A DNA stretch of 64,000 nt from Thermotogota bacterium (GTDB lineage Bacteria > Hydrothermota > Hydrothermia > LBFQ01). The notes under the pieces are model-generated. The model made no database searches, was not told the DNA's origin, and saw nothing but the letters and a program-made list of their open reading frames with translations. The stretch is taken from positions 17,443-81,442 of the forward strand of contig JAADDJ010000010.1 in the NCBI GenBank assembly GCA_013153965.1, in the 5' to 3' direction. Within the stretch, counting starts at the first letter, position 1. Each line of letters starts with the position of its first letter. Position numbers and translations under genes: made by a program. Shown here in pieces: positions 17,758 through 27,585 of this stretch.

Positions 17758-19881
17758 TTAACGCACCACCACCTTCAGGACCTCGTCATCCACCTTGACG
17801 AAATACACCCCACCGCTCAACCTGACGGGAACCTTCACCCATCCGACCACACCCTTTAGATCCCGTCGCAGGACGGAGCGACCATCAACCGAGAATATCT
17901 CCAACCTCACGTCCCGAACGAAGGGCACCTTCAGGAGGACGTACCCGTCGTCGTAGGATATGACAACTCCGCCCACATCCTCCGGTCGCTCGGCCTTGGC
18001 GGTGGTGGGACACGATATGGTGGTGTCCAGCTCGTACATGATGGCGTCGGCTATGACGACGGTTCCGTCGGGTGCGTCGTCGTACATGACCACGTGGAGG
18101 GTATCGGCGCAGACGCTGTCAAGGAATATCCAACCGGTGTCCGTGCTCTCACCGTACTGGCTAACATAGACGTCCCGAGGGCCGACATCGGCGTATATAC
18201 GATAATGGACGGATGTGCTGCGGTTCGTCCCCTTTCGTACCCAAGCCCAAACCTTATAGCCGGAGTAGCATCCGAGGGGAGAGTACCACACGGAGGAGTC
18301 GGCCGTCCCGCCTACGGTGGCGTACCTGTAATCCCCGTTGTATCCGCTGTAGGAGCTTAGGGTCCATGTTCCGAAGCCCGTCCATCCGGGATCCCCGTCA
18401 TCTACTATGAGGTCCCCGCAGACTGCTCCGCCTCTCCAAGACCATTTAACGGCATCAAAGGCTATGCGATCCCCGCTTATGTCCGAGGAGTCCAGAAGGA
18501 TGACGTAGCCGTAGGACCCCGCCGCGAAGTTGTACGTCCCCAAGGACACCCACTCACCGGAGTAGAGACCCTGATTCACCCATACCGTATCGGTTCCGTC
18601 CTCATGCACTATTATGTAGGGCACGTGGGCATCGTAATCGGCGCCCACGGGGATGTGCGCGAAGACCTCGTAGGGTCCGGCGTAGGGGAGGTTGGGCGTC
18701 CATCTGGCCCAGTTGGCCACGCCGTTCCAAGAGCCCGTGTGCCACATGTGGCCGTAGGCGCCGTAGCCGTTGGCCGAGTCGTAGTACCAGTACTGGCTGG
18801 GCCCGTACTTGCGGAATCCCTGCGAAAGCTCATCCACTATGGTGTCGGCCGGAGGCAGTCCCTCCACCAGAACGCTGTAGTAGGCCCAATCCCAGTAATC
18901 GCCGGGGTCGGTGTGGGTGGCCCCCGGAACCTCAACGTGCCCTATTATGTGGTCCCTGTCGGCCGGGAAGCCGAAGGTTATGGAGGCCATCCGACTGATG
19001 TACGCCGACTTCCTGTAGAGGGTATCGGTGTACCAGCCGTTCTCGCTGACGTACCCCTCGTGCTCCAAGCCGATTGACTGGGTGTTGTAGGTCCAGTTCC
19101 CCGCGTGCCAGGCTATGTCCTTGTGGCACACCATCTGGGTAGCCTCCCCAAGAGGGGCCCCGTCGGAGGAGTTGTACTCCGAATTTATCACGTAGTGGGC
19201 CGAGACGTTGGCGGCGGAATTCTGGAACCACGAGATGGCTCCGTAATAGGTACCTTCGGTCGTGTGAATTATGATGTAGTATATCGGGTAGTCGCTCGGG
19301 CGGTTGGCGGCGGTGTAGTTGGATGGGTCGGCCGGAACCCACTCTTCCACCTCGGGGAATTCCGGACCCGGAGGACACGCGTTGAGACCTTCGGAGGCTT
19401 CGGAGGCCAAATCCTTCGGAATCTCCACCTCCGGATGGGCGCGGGTTGAGAGGATGGGAAACTCAAGGCCTGAGCGGTAAAGGGCCAGAATATCGCGGGC
19501 GAATATCTCCCTCGCACCTTCCGGAGCGTACATCTTCAGAGCGCATACCAGCTCTCCGGAGCACAGGTCAAGGTAGTGTTTCAGAAGGAGGGCGCCGGCC
19601 AATATACCAGCCCTGTCATCCTCCAGTATCTTGCTCTCGGGAATTCCGGAGACGGCTACCGCCTCATCTATGTGGAAGATACCCATCACCCCGTACTGGG
19701 GTAGGGCTTCGGCCTTGGGACTCGGTCCAACGCGATGGAACCGTGTCAATCTGTAGGATATGACCTTCAGGAGGTCGGAATCAACGCCGGTGATGGCCTG
19801 AGCCTCACCGAAGGCCCTCTCCAGCTCCCTCAAACGGGCGAGGGATGAAGCATCCGGACCTGAAAGCAGAAGGAGAAGCAT
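17758..19881 (-). CDS. Secreted N-acetylmuramoyl-L-alanine amidase (Amidase_2/PGRP domain) with T9SS C-terminal sorting domain
   Basis: Central Amidase_2 motifs (IIIHTTEG..., AHYVI, CHKDIAWHAGNWTYNTQSIGLEHEG); C-terminal ~80 aa beta-sandwich ending VYFVKVDDEVLKVVVR, typical of the Por/T9SS CTD. Confidence 0.7.
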   Translation of the reverse strand: MLLLLLSGPDASSLARLRELERAFGEAQAITGVDSDLLKVISYRLTRFHRVGPSPKAEALPQYGVMGIFHIDEAVAVSGIPESKILEDDRAGILAGALLLKHYLDLCSGELVCALKMYAPEGAREIFARDILALYRSGLEFPILSTRAHPEVEIPKDLASEASEGLNACPPGPEFPEVEEWVPADPSNYTAANRPSDYPIYYIIIHTTEGTYYGAISWFQNSAANVSAHYVINSEYNSSDGAPLGEATQMVCHKDIAWHAGNWTYNTQSIGLEHEGYVSENGWYTDTLYRKSAYISRMASITFGFPADRDHIIGHVEVPGATHTDPGDYWDWAYYSVLVEGLPPADTIVDELSQGFRKYGPSQYWYYDSANGYGAYGHMWHTGSWNGVANWARWTPNLPYAGPYEVFAHIPVGADYDAHVPYIIVHEDGTDTVWVNQGLYSGEWVSLGTYNFAAGSYGYVILLDSSDISGDRIAFDAVKWSWRGGAVCGDLIVDDGDPGWTGFGTWTLSSYSGYNGDYRYATVGGTADSSVWYSPLGCYSGYKVWAWVRKGTNRSTSVHYRIYADVGPRDVYVSQYGESTDTGWIFLDSVCADTLHVVMYDDAPDGTVVIADAIMYELDTTISCPTTAKAERPEDVGGVVISYDDGYVLLKVPFVRDVRLEIFSVDGRSVLRRDLKGVVGWVKVPVRLSGGVYFVKVDDEVLKVVVR

Positions 19882-19928
19882 GGTTTTTTATTATAACCCC
19901 GAAATGCTCTCCAATCTACCGTCCCCCG

Positions 19929-19934
19929 TATAAT
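19929..19934 (+). promoter_or_regulatory. Putative -10 box (TATAAT) 12 nt upstream of tRNA-Glu
   Basis: Perfect TATAAT; no good -35 seen. Confidence 0.3.
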
Positions 19935-19946
19935 ACGCTCTCCGCC

Positions 19947-20018
19947 GGCCCCATCGTCTAAGGGCTAGGACGCCACTCTTTCAAGGTGGTAGTGCGGGTT
20001 CGAGTCCCGCTGGGGCCA
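19947..20018 (+). tRNA. tRNA-Glu (anticodon UUC)
   Basis: Cloverleaf drawn by hand: acceptor GGCCCCA/TGGGGCC, D-arm GTCT-AAGGGCTA-GGAC, anticodon stem CCACT/GGTGG with loop CTTTCAA, T-arm GCGGG-TTCGAGT-CCCGC; no encoded CCA; followed by T7 run. Confidence 0.85.
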
Positions 20019-20025
20019 TTTTTTT

Positions 20026-21345
20026 ATGCCCCTTCGCCGATACTCCCGTCCCGAGATGTGGAAACTGTGGTCGGAGGAGGAGAAATTCCGGACTTGGGCC
20101 AAGGTTGAGTGGGCCGTCGCCAAGGCACAGGAGGAGATGGGGATAATACCGAAGGTGGGACTATCGGACTCCCTGGCCGCCCTGCTGGAGGATGAGGATT
20201 TCTGGAGGGATGTACCCGAGAGGGTGGCGGAGAGGGAGCGTATATACGACCACGACGTGCTGGCCTTCCTGTCCGTCCTTGAGGAGAGCCTTGGGAGGGG
20301 AGGCAACTACCTGCACTTCGGCATGACGTCTTCGGATGTGGTTGATACGGCCAACGCTCTACGGATGCGCAAAGCTTTGCTCCTCGTGAGGGAAGAGTTG
20401 CTGCGTCTCGCGAAGGCCCTGTACGATAAGGCCCAAAGGTATAAGTACTCGCCCGTGATGGGTAGGACCCACGGGGTGTTCGCCCAACCCACCACATTCG
20501 GCCTCAAATTCCTCGGTTTCTACTCGGAGGCTCTGCGGGACCTGCGCCGTCTTGACGATGCGATTGAGAGCATCTCCTACGGGAAGATCTCCGGGGCCGT
20601 GGGAAACTACGCCCTGAACCCTCCGGAGGTTGAGGAGAGGGCGCTCGCCCTCCTCGGTCTGAAGGTTGAGCCTGTATCCACCCAGGTCGTACCCCGCGAC
20701 CGCTTCGCCCACGCCCTCAACGTCCTCATGCTCGTTGGAGAGCTCTTGGAGAGGTTGGCTTTGGAAATTAGACTGTCGGCCCGGACCGAGACGGGGGAGA
20801 TGGCCGAGCCGTTCCGCAGGGGACAGAGGGGCTCTTCGGCCATGCCCCACAAACGAAACCCCATAAGGAGCGAGAGGCTCACCGGGATAGCCCGACTGCT
20901 AAGGGGATGGGCCCTGGCGGAGAATGAGAGCGTGGCCCTGTGGCACGAGAGGGATATAAGCCACTCGTCGGTTGAGCGATTCACCCTTGCCGACGCCACC
21001 ACCACCCTCCACTATGCTTTGGGTCTGGCCACGTCCATCGTGGAAGGCCTGGTCGTAAATGAGGATAGGGCCCGGGAGAATATGGAGAGATTCGGGGACT
21101 TCTATCTGTCGTCGGTCCTACTCCTCCTTCTGGTGAGGAAGGGGGTCTCAAGGGATGTGGCATACGAGTGGGTGAAGGAGGTCTCCCAGAGGGCCCACGA
21201 CCGTGGAACGTCCATATACGAGGAGGCGATGAGGCACTCCGAGATCCGCAACTTCCTGACGGAGGAGGAGCTTCGCCGGGGACTGTCGGTGGATTTCAAC
21301 CGCTACGTGGATGTGATCTTCTCCCGATTCGGACCGCCATCCTAA
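20026..21345 (+). CDS. purB: Adenylosuccinate lyase
   Basis: Fumarate-lyase signature GSSAMPHKRNP, YLHFGMTSSDV; 439 aa. Confidence 0.95.
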   Translation: MPLRRYSRPEMWKLWSEEEKFRTWAKVEWAVAKAQEEMGIIPKVGLSDSLAALLEDEDFWRDVPERVAERERIYDHDVLAFLSVLEESLGRGGNYLHFGMTSSDVVDTANALRMRKALLLVREELLRLAKALYDKAQRYKYSPVMGRTHGVFAQPTTFGLKFLGFYSEALRDLRRLDDAIESISYGKISGAVGNYALNPPEVEERALALLGLKVEPVSTQVVPRDRFAHALNVLMLVGELLERLALEIRLSARTETGEMAEPFRRGQRGSSAMPHKRNPIRSERLTGIARLLRGWALAENESVALWHERDISHSSVERFTLADATTTLHYALGLATSIVEGLVVNEDRARENMERFGDFYLSSVLLLLLVRKGVSRDVAYEWVKEVSQRAHDRGTSIYEEAMRHSEIRNFLTEEELRRGLSVDFNRYVDVIFSRFGPPS

Positions 21346-24300
21346 GAGTCGCCGTACCTGTCGGGCGACAGTATGGCGTAGGCGACGGGAACCACCAGAA
21401 GGGTGGTGACCAGCGAGAAGAGCAAACCTCCGGATAGGGAAACTCCCAACCCCTCCCAGAATTCCGAGCCCTCAAGTCTCAAGATGGCCAAGGGCAGCAC
21501 GCCCAAGGCTGTGGTCAGGGCCGACATGAGGACGGGGCGCAACCTTCTCCTTGAGGCTTCAACTATGGCCCCGTACTTGTCCATTCCCCTACGCCGAAGC
21601 AGGTTCGCGTAATCCACGAGAACTATGGCGTTATTCACGACCAATCCCACCAGCGCCACCAGACCGACGAATGCCGTCATCGTGAAGGGTCTTCCCAGAA
21701 GGAGGAATCCCAAGGATGCCCCGGCGAGGCCGAAGGGAACGCTCGTTAAGAAGATTATGAGCGACTGCCGGAAGCTCTCAAACTGGGCGGCCACCGTCAG
21801 GAATATTATGAGAATGGCCAGAACGAGCAGAACGCCCATCTGCCTGAAGCTCTGGGCCATGCGCCTGAATGTGCCGCCGAATTCGTAATGGTACCCGGTC
21901 GGGAACTCCACTTCCTCCAACTTGCGGGATAACTCCTTACGAATCTCTCCCAAGGGTCTTCCAGATGGCTCGGCCGACACCTCAACGTATCTGATCCTGT
22001 TCCGCCTGTCTATCCTGACGGAGGCCAAACGCTCCTCAAGGGAGAGGACGTTTCCAAGGGGTACCCTGCCGAGGCTCAACGCTAGCACGTCCTCCGCCCC
22101 ATCAACGTACTTGGGGTCCATGCGGGCTACCACGTCTAGATTCTTCCCCCCGGTCTTTAGGGTGAATACGGTCCTTCCATGCACGGCGTAGCGAAGGAAG
22201 TTGGCCACCTGAAATGGCGTTATCCCGTACATGTACATCACCTCACGGTCCAACCTCGCCACCATCTCCGGGGCCGGCTTTCCCCTTGATATGCTCACGC
22301 TCCTGACACCTTCAACCGTGCGCATCACGTGCGCCACGACTTGGGCCAAACTGTCCAAGACTTTGAAGTCGTCGCCGTATATCTCAACGGATACCCCCTT
22401 TCCGCCCCCGAAGAGGAGCTGGGAACCGTGCCCCGTCGTGGAGACGCTGTACTCCTCCACTCCGGGGACCTCCGCCGCGAGACGCTCTATATCGCCGGCT
22501 ACACTTTCTATGCTTCTCCTCTGGCCTCGGGGCTTGAGTCTGACGGTTATCTCCCCCGTGTATGGGGCCTCGGTCGTCCCGAATAGGGCGGAGAAACCGG
22601 TCTCCGATTGACCGACACGGAGGACGGCCATCTCAACGTCCGGCAACTCGCGGATCCTATCGTAAAGCTCCTTGAGGACGGCGTAGGTCTTCTCCAGGGA
22701 GGTTCCCCGCTCAAGCTGGATGTTTAGGACTATCCTACCCTCGTCCAATTTGGGGAAGAAGTCGGTCTTCACGAAACGCCACGCCGAGCCGACGATGACG
22801 AGGAGTAGGGCGAAGACCGCGGCCCACTTCCACCTGTGCCTCACCAGTATCCCCACCAGTCTGTGGTAAGCCCTCTCCAGAGGGATGAACCACCTCGGCT
22901 CTCCCTTGGGACGCAGGCGGAGATGGTTCGCGGCGAGGGAGGGTACCACGGTCAGGGCCAAGAAGAGGCTGGTGGCATACACGATTATCGTGATTATGGC
23001 CAGCTCCTTGAACATCACGCCGACGAATCCGGGGACGAAGAGAAGCGGGAAGAGGACGACGAAGTTCGTTATCGTGGCGGCGGTTATGGCACCGGCAACC
23101 TCCTTGGTGGCGAATATAGCCCCCTCGCGCGGTGGCTCCCCCTTGAGCCTGTGGAAGAAGATGTTCTCAACCACAACTATGGCCGCATCCACCACGCTTC
23201 CGACGGCTATGGCCATGGCGGACAGGGATATCATGTTTATGGAGCTTCCCGTCAGGTAGAGGTAGAGGAACGAGAGGGTGAGAGAGGTGGGAATGGTCAG
23301 GGCTATGATGAGAGCCGAGCGTATGTCTATGAGGAAGAGGAAGGCCACGATTATCACGATGAAGGAGGCCAAGAGGAGGGTGCGGGTCAGGTTGGCCACG
23401 GAGTTCCTTATGAAGGTTGAGCCGTCGGAATATATGGTAAATTGCACCGGATAGTACCTCTCCAACTCCTTAAACTTCCTCTTGACGGCGTCGGCCACCT
23501 TGACGGCGTTGGCGTCCGCCTGCTTCTGGACGGAGAAGAAGACCGCCTCCCTGTTGCCACTCAGAACGTAGGTCCTCCTCTCGGCGTAGCCGTCCTCAAC
23601 CTCGGCCACCTCCTCAAGTCTCACGGGCCTTCCACCCACGTATCCGACCACCGCCCTCTTCAGGTCCTCAACGCTCCTTATGGTGCTGGGCACCCGGAGG
23701 ACCATCTGCCTGTCGCCCAGCTTGAGGTCCCCGACGGGTACATCCATACTCTGGGCCTCCAGAAGACGCACCATATCCTCAAAGGTCAGACCGTATCCCT
23801 CCAGACGCTTCCTATCAACGAGGACGTTTATCTGCCGCTTTCTCCCGCCCCCGAAGAGGAGAACCGATCCCACGCCATCCACCCTCTGAAGCTCATCCTC
23901 CATCACCTCCTCCGCCCAGTAGCGGGTGTCAAAACCCTCGTCGGTTGAGACTACCCCCGCGACTATTATGGGGAACTGGCCCACGTCAAACTTGAAGACC
24001 AGAGGCTCCAGTATGTCCTTCGGCAGGCGTGGCCGGGCGAAGTTTATCCTATCCCTAACCTCAACGGCCGCCTGGTCCATGTCGGTGCCGTACTTGAAGG
24101 TTATGGTTATGGCCCCCACGCCCTGCTGGCTGGTGCTCTTTATCTCATCAACGTTCTCAAGGACGGAGAACTCCTTCTCTAAAACCTCCACCACGTTCCT
24201 CTCCACGTCCTCGGGTGAGGCGCCCGGATACTGAACTATGACAGAGACGGAGGGGAGGGAGAAGTTGGGGAAGAGGTCTATTCCCAGATTGGAGAGCCCG

Positions 24301-24374
24301 AAGGCGCCGCCTATAAGCATCAGGAGGAGTACGACCAGCGAGAAGACGGGCCGCCTCACGAAGAAGGAGGTCAT
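21342..24374 (-). CDS. RND-family efflux transporter permease (AcrB/CzcA-like)
   Basis: 12-TM, two large periplasmic loops, N-terminus MTSFFVRRPVFSLVVLLLML matching the AcrB start; start set at the internal ATG (M14). Confidence 0.9.
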   Translation of the reverse strand: MTSFFVRRPVFSLVVLLLMLIGGAFGLSNLGIDLFPNFSLPSVSVIVQYPGASPEDVERNVVEVLEKEFSVLENVDEIKSTSQQGVGAITITFKYGTDMDQAAVEVRDRINFARPRLPKDILEPLVFKFDVGQFPIIVAGVVSTDEGFDTRYWAEEVMEDELQRVDGVGSVLLFGGGRKRQINVLVDRKRLEGYGLTFEDMVRLLEAQSMDVPVGDLKLGDRQMVLRVPSTIRSVEDLKRAVVGYVGGRPVRLEEVAEVEDGYAERRTYVLSGNREAVFFSVQKQADANAVKVADAVKRKFKELERYYPVQFTIYSDGSTFIRNSVANLTRTLLLASFIVIIVAFLFLIDIRSALIIALTIPTSLTLSFLYLYLTGSSINMISLSAMAIAVGSVVDAAIVVVENIFFHRLKGEPPREGAIFATKEVAGAITAATITNFVVLFPLLFVPGFVGVMFKELAIITIIVYATSLFLALTVVPSLAANHLRLRPKGEPRWFIPLERAYHRLVGILVRHRWKWAAVFALLLVIVGSAWRFVKTDFFPKLDEGRIVLNIQLERGTSLEKTYAVLKELYDRIRELPDVEMAVLRVGQSETGFSALFGTTEAPYTGEITVRLKPRGQRRSIESVAGDIERLAAEVPGVEEYSVSTTGHGSQLLFGGGKGVSVEIYGDDFKVLDSLAQVVAHVMRTVEGVRSVSISRGKPAPEMVARLDREVMYMYGITPFQVANFLRYAVHGRTVFTLKTGGKNLDVVARMDPKYVDGAEDVLALSLGRVPLGNVLSLEERLASVRIDRRNRIRYVEVSAEPSGRPLGEIRKELSRKLEEVEFPTGYHYEFGGTFRRMAQSFRQMGVLLVLAILIIFLTVAAQFESFRQSLIIFLTSVPFGLAGASLGFLLLGRPFTMTAFVGLVALVGLVVNNAIVLVDYANLLRRRGMDKYGAIVEASRRRLRPVLMSALTTALGVLPLAILRLEGSEFWEGLGVSLSGGLLFSLVTTLLVVPVAYAILSPDRYGDS

Positions 24375-24431
24375 CGGCCGGATATTATACGGGCGATTTG
24401 AACGATCGTTCAAAAGAGATGATTCCCTCGG

Positions 24432-25916
24432 CTACAGGGAGCCTTTGAATTTTAGTATCCTGAATCCCTCGTCGTCAAAATATTCGCCGTGGGAGATAAC
24501 GATGAGCGTCTTACCCTGAGTCTTGGATAAAATTTTATTTTTAAAGAACTCTCGTTCATCGGACGAGATGTTGGCGAGAGGCTCGTCAAATATATAGACG
24601 TCCGCATCCTTTGAAAGGGCGAGCGCTATCGCTAACTTTTGCTTCTGCCCCGCAGATAAGGTACCCGCCGCATTACTTTTGAGCTCTTCAATGTTGAACT
24701 CCCTTAGCGTTCCTTCATCTACGATCTCCCCAACCTTAACATTTGGGAACTCAAAAGGTTGAGTGATTGAAGAGATGGTTTTAGGCAGAATTACCTTCCC
24801 ACTCTCAGGACTCAAAATTCCCGATATTACGTTGGCAAAGGTCGTCTTGCCCGTCCCATTCCTCCCTTTTATGAGTACCCTTTCCCCTTTATTTATCAGC
24901 ACCGTGATGTCCGTCAGTATGGTTTTATCGCCGTACGATACCTTTAAATTCTCAACGTATATGTTGGGGCCAAGCGTGTAATAATCGGTCTCTCTAAGCC
25001 CGACAAATTCATAGAACCTTTCTATATACCTCCAAGAGCTCACCATCTCGGGGAGTAAGGATAAACTGGTCCCTATGTACCTTGATACTAAACCTATAGC
25101 ACCTATAAAGGTTATAAATTCCCCAAGGGTTATTTTATTGCTTAAAACCTCAAAACTTACCAAACATATAAATACAAACATAATGGCGTAATTTAACGTA
25201 TTGCCTATATGGGAAATGGCGAAGCTCCTTGATTTGAGCGTGAGGATCCCACTGAAGGTCTCGTTTATATAATCAGTCAAATAGTCCCTCACGATACCGG
25301 GAAAACCGAGCAAATTTCTAATTATTTGGTAAGATTTTATAAAATCCAGTATCACCCCCTTGATGAAGGCTTCCGACTCGCCCACGTTCTCCGCCAACTT
25401 TCGGAGAGATCCGTGCATCCTCACCATAAGAATATTTATCATGGCGGCACTTATGATGAATGCAATTGCCAGCGAAAGATGTATTTTTAATGCGGTGATC
25501 ATTCCATTAACGATGACCCCGATTATATAAAACAACCCCATCGTGGAGACGATGAGACCCTCCAAGCCCGTATCTATATCGTCATATATTCTTGATGCGA
25601 CGTACCCCGCATTCTCTAAGGTTCTAATGTCCTTGTGGTATATGAAGTTTAAATTATCGTATATCTCGTCTCTCACAATCCACATCTTGATGAAATAACC
25701 CAAGAAATCGGCAAATATGTAAATTAGAGGGTAAGCTACGAGCAATATCAGGAAAATGGCCGAGTATTTCAAGAAACCCGCCTCATCATGTTTGTATAAA
25801 GTATCCGTGATATGGCCCTCAAGAATTGGGAAATAAACTTCCAGTACTCCCATCGCGAGGTTTATCAGCAGCAGAGGAAGTATCGTTATCAAGGATTTTC
25901 TCAATACTCTAAGCAA
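24432..25916 (-). CDS. ABC exporter half-transporter (6-TM permease fused to NBD)
   Basis: Walker A GRNGTGKTT, signature LSAGQKQKLAIALAL, Walker B VYIFDEPLAN; markedly lower GC than the surroundings. Confidence 0.85.
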   Translation of the reverse strand: MLRVLRKSLITILPLLLINLAMGVLEVYFPILEGHITDTLYKHDEAGFLKYSAIFLILLVAYPLIYIFADFLGYFIKMWIVRDEIYDNLNFIYHKDIRTLENAGYVASRIYDDIDTGLEGLIVSTMGLFYIIGVIVNGMITALKIHLSLAIAFIISAAMINILMVRMHGSLRKLAENVGESEAFIKGVILDFIKSYQIIRNLLGFPGIVRDYLTDYINETFSGILTLKSRSFAISHIGNTLNYAIMFVFICLVSFEVLSNKITLGEFITFIGAIGLVSRYIGTSLSLLPEMVSSWRYIERFYEFVGLRETDYYTLGPNIYVENLKVSYGDKTILTDITVLINKGERVLIKGRNGTGKTTFANVISGILSPESGKVILPKTISSITQPFEFPNVKVGEIVDEGTLREFNIEELKSNAAGTLSAGQKQKLAIALALSKDADVYIFDEPLANISSDEREFFKNKILSKTQGKTLIVISHGEYFDDEGFRILKFKGSL

Positions 25917-27399
25917 TTCTTACCTCCCTGAAGTTCCCGAAATTTCCACGCTTCATGTGCTGAATAATTATCAGTATCCCGTTGGATGTTCTTGATAGTA
26001 TAAGCGCCGATATTTCTCTGCTCATAATTTCATCCAAACTCTCCAAAGGTTCATCAAAAATGTATGCATCGGCCTTCTTAGAAAGTGCCAGTAAAATTCC
26101 AACAACCCGCTTTTGCCCTATAGAAAGCTCCGTACAGAGATTTTCCTTTACGCTGTCCAGTCCGTACCGTTTCAAAGTTTCCGGATCAACCATATCCTTA
26201 ACCCTCGCAGGGGGAAGATGTACAGGTAAAATAAGGGAAGACAAGTTGCGCGGCGTAATAACCTTCCCCTTCAAAGGTTCCAAGTTTCCGGATATTATGT
26301 GGGCCAATGTGGTTTTCCCCGAACCGTTGGGGCCAGTTATGAGTACTCTATCCGAATTTTTGGCCACGAAGTGCAAATTTTTTAATACTTCTTTTTCTCC
26401 ATAGGAGGCGTATATACCCTCGCATTCTATGTAATCCTTAAATATGCGGTATTCCCGCAGAGGCGATAGGCCTTCTCGCAATTTATTCCTATATACTTGG
26501 ATCTCCCTATATACAGGTATGAGCGAAGTTATATCCGAGAAAATATCACCGTACTTCCTTACAAGATAAACCATCGCTAAAAGGGAGCTTATAGATAGGC
26601 CACCTCTTAGAACCATATATCCACCGATAAGAATGATGACCACATACACACCCTGATACAGGAACCACGAAATGTTGGAAATTATTGAGAGTGCCGCTTC
26701 AAATTTCAAATATTTTGTTTTAAATTTTTCAAACGGCTTAATGATATAGGACCTTTGCAGCCCTATGATTCTCCACAATTTGAAGGATTTCAATACATCA
26801 ATCAGACGATTTTTAAATCTTAGCCTCTCATCCATCTCCCTCTTTTTCGTCTCACCTATATACCTTGACAGGTAATTGACGACCGAAAATGCCGATAGAA
26901 AGATTATTATGCTTAAGATAAACATCCTGTGAGATAGATACATTCCTACCGCTACCATGAATATTCCACCGAATAGAGCGTTCAACAGTTTGTGGAAGAA
27001 CTCCACCTCCTTGGAGGCCATATTCATTGAGGTGTTGAAGATGAGATTTAAATATCTGCCTTCCTCTCTCGCTCTCTTAACATCTAAGCGATAAAATTCC
27101 TCCATACTTCGGATTATATTTTTCTCTGCCATCTCAAGGTGTAATTTTGCCCTAAGGTAATTGCCAAGATGCTCAAAGGTGGATGAGCCTACAGCGGCGA
27201 GCATGATACCACCCGCGAACAAGAGCGCTTTTATGAAAATTTTGTCATATATGATGATATCTATCAATCTTTTATAAAATATCGGTATCACTAACAGCGA
27301 AAGTAAATGCAACAATATCGCCGTCGCGAACATGAGCCTCCATTTCATCACGCTCCGCAAAATACTGGGACATTTTCTGAATTTGTCAAGTATCCCCAT
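25909..27399 (-). CDS. ABC exporter half-transporter (6-TM permease fused to NBD), partner of 24432..25916
   Basis: Walker A GPNGSGKTT, signature LSIGQKRVVGILLAL, Walker B AYIFDEPLESLD; 8-nt overlap with the downstream ABC gene; low GC. Confidence 0.85.
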   Translation of the reverse strand: MGILDKFRKCPSILRSVMKWRLMFATAILLHLLSLLVIPIFYKRLIDIIIYDKIFIKALLFAGGIMLAAVGSSTFEHLGNYLRAKLHLEMAEKNIIRSMEEFYRLDVKRAREEGRYLNLIFNTSMNMASKEVEFFHKLLNALFGGIFMVAVGMYLSHRMFILSIIIFLSAFSVVNYLSRYIGETKKREMDERLRFKNRLIDVLKSFKLWRIIGLQRSYIIKPFEKFKTKYLKFEAALSIISNISWFLYQGVYVVIILIGGYMVLRGGLSISSLLAMVYLVRKYGDIFSDITSLIPVYREIQVYRNKLREGLSPLREYRIFKDYIECEGIYASYGEKEVLKNLHFVAKNSDRVLITGPNGSGKTTLAHIISGNLEPLKGKVITPRNLSSLILPVHLPPARVKDMVDPETLKRYGLDSVKENLCTELSIGQKRVVGILLALSKKADAYIFDEPLESLDEIMSREISALILSRTSNGILIIIQHMKRGNFGNFREVRIA

Positions 27400-27585
27400 T
27401 TTGCACGTTAGTTTTTCACGTTTTCAAGCGTGAATTTTCAACGGAAGACAGAACGAAGGACCTTTGTAATATACACCTCCGAGTATGATGCGTCCCCTCA
27501 CAATGAGAGCATGTTTCCGCGGTTCAACGAATTACTAACACCTACCACCACAGATCCGCCGGTGCAGGGGTAGAATACCGACCCC

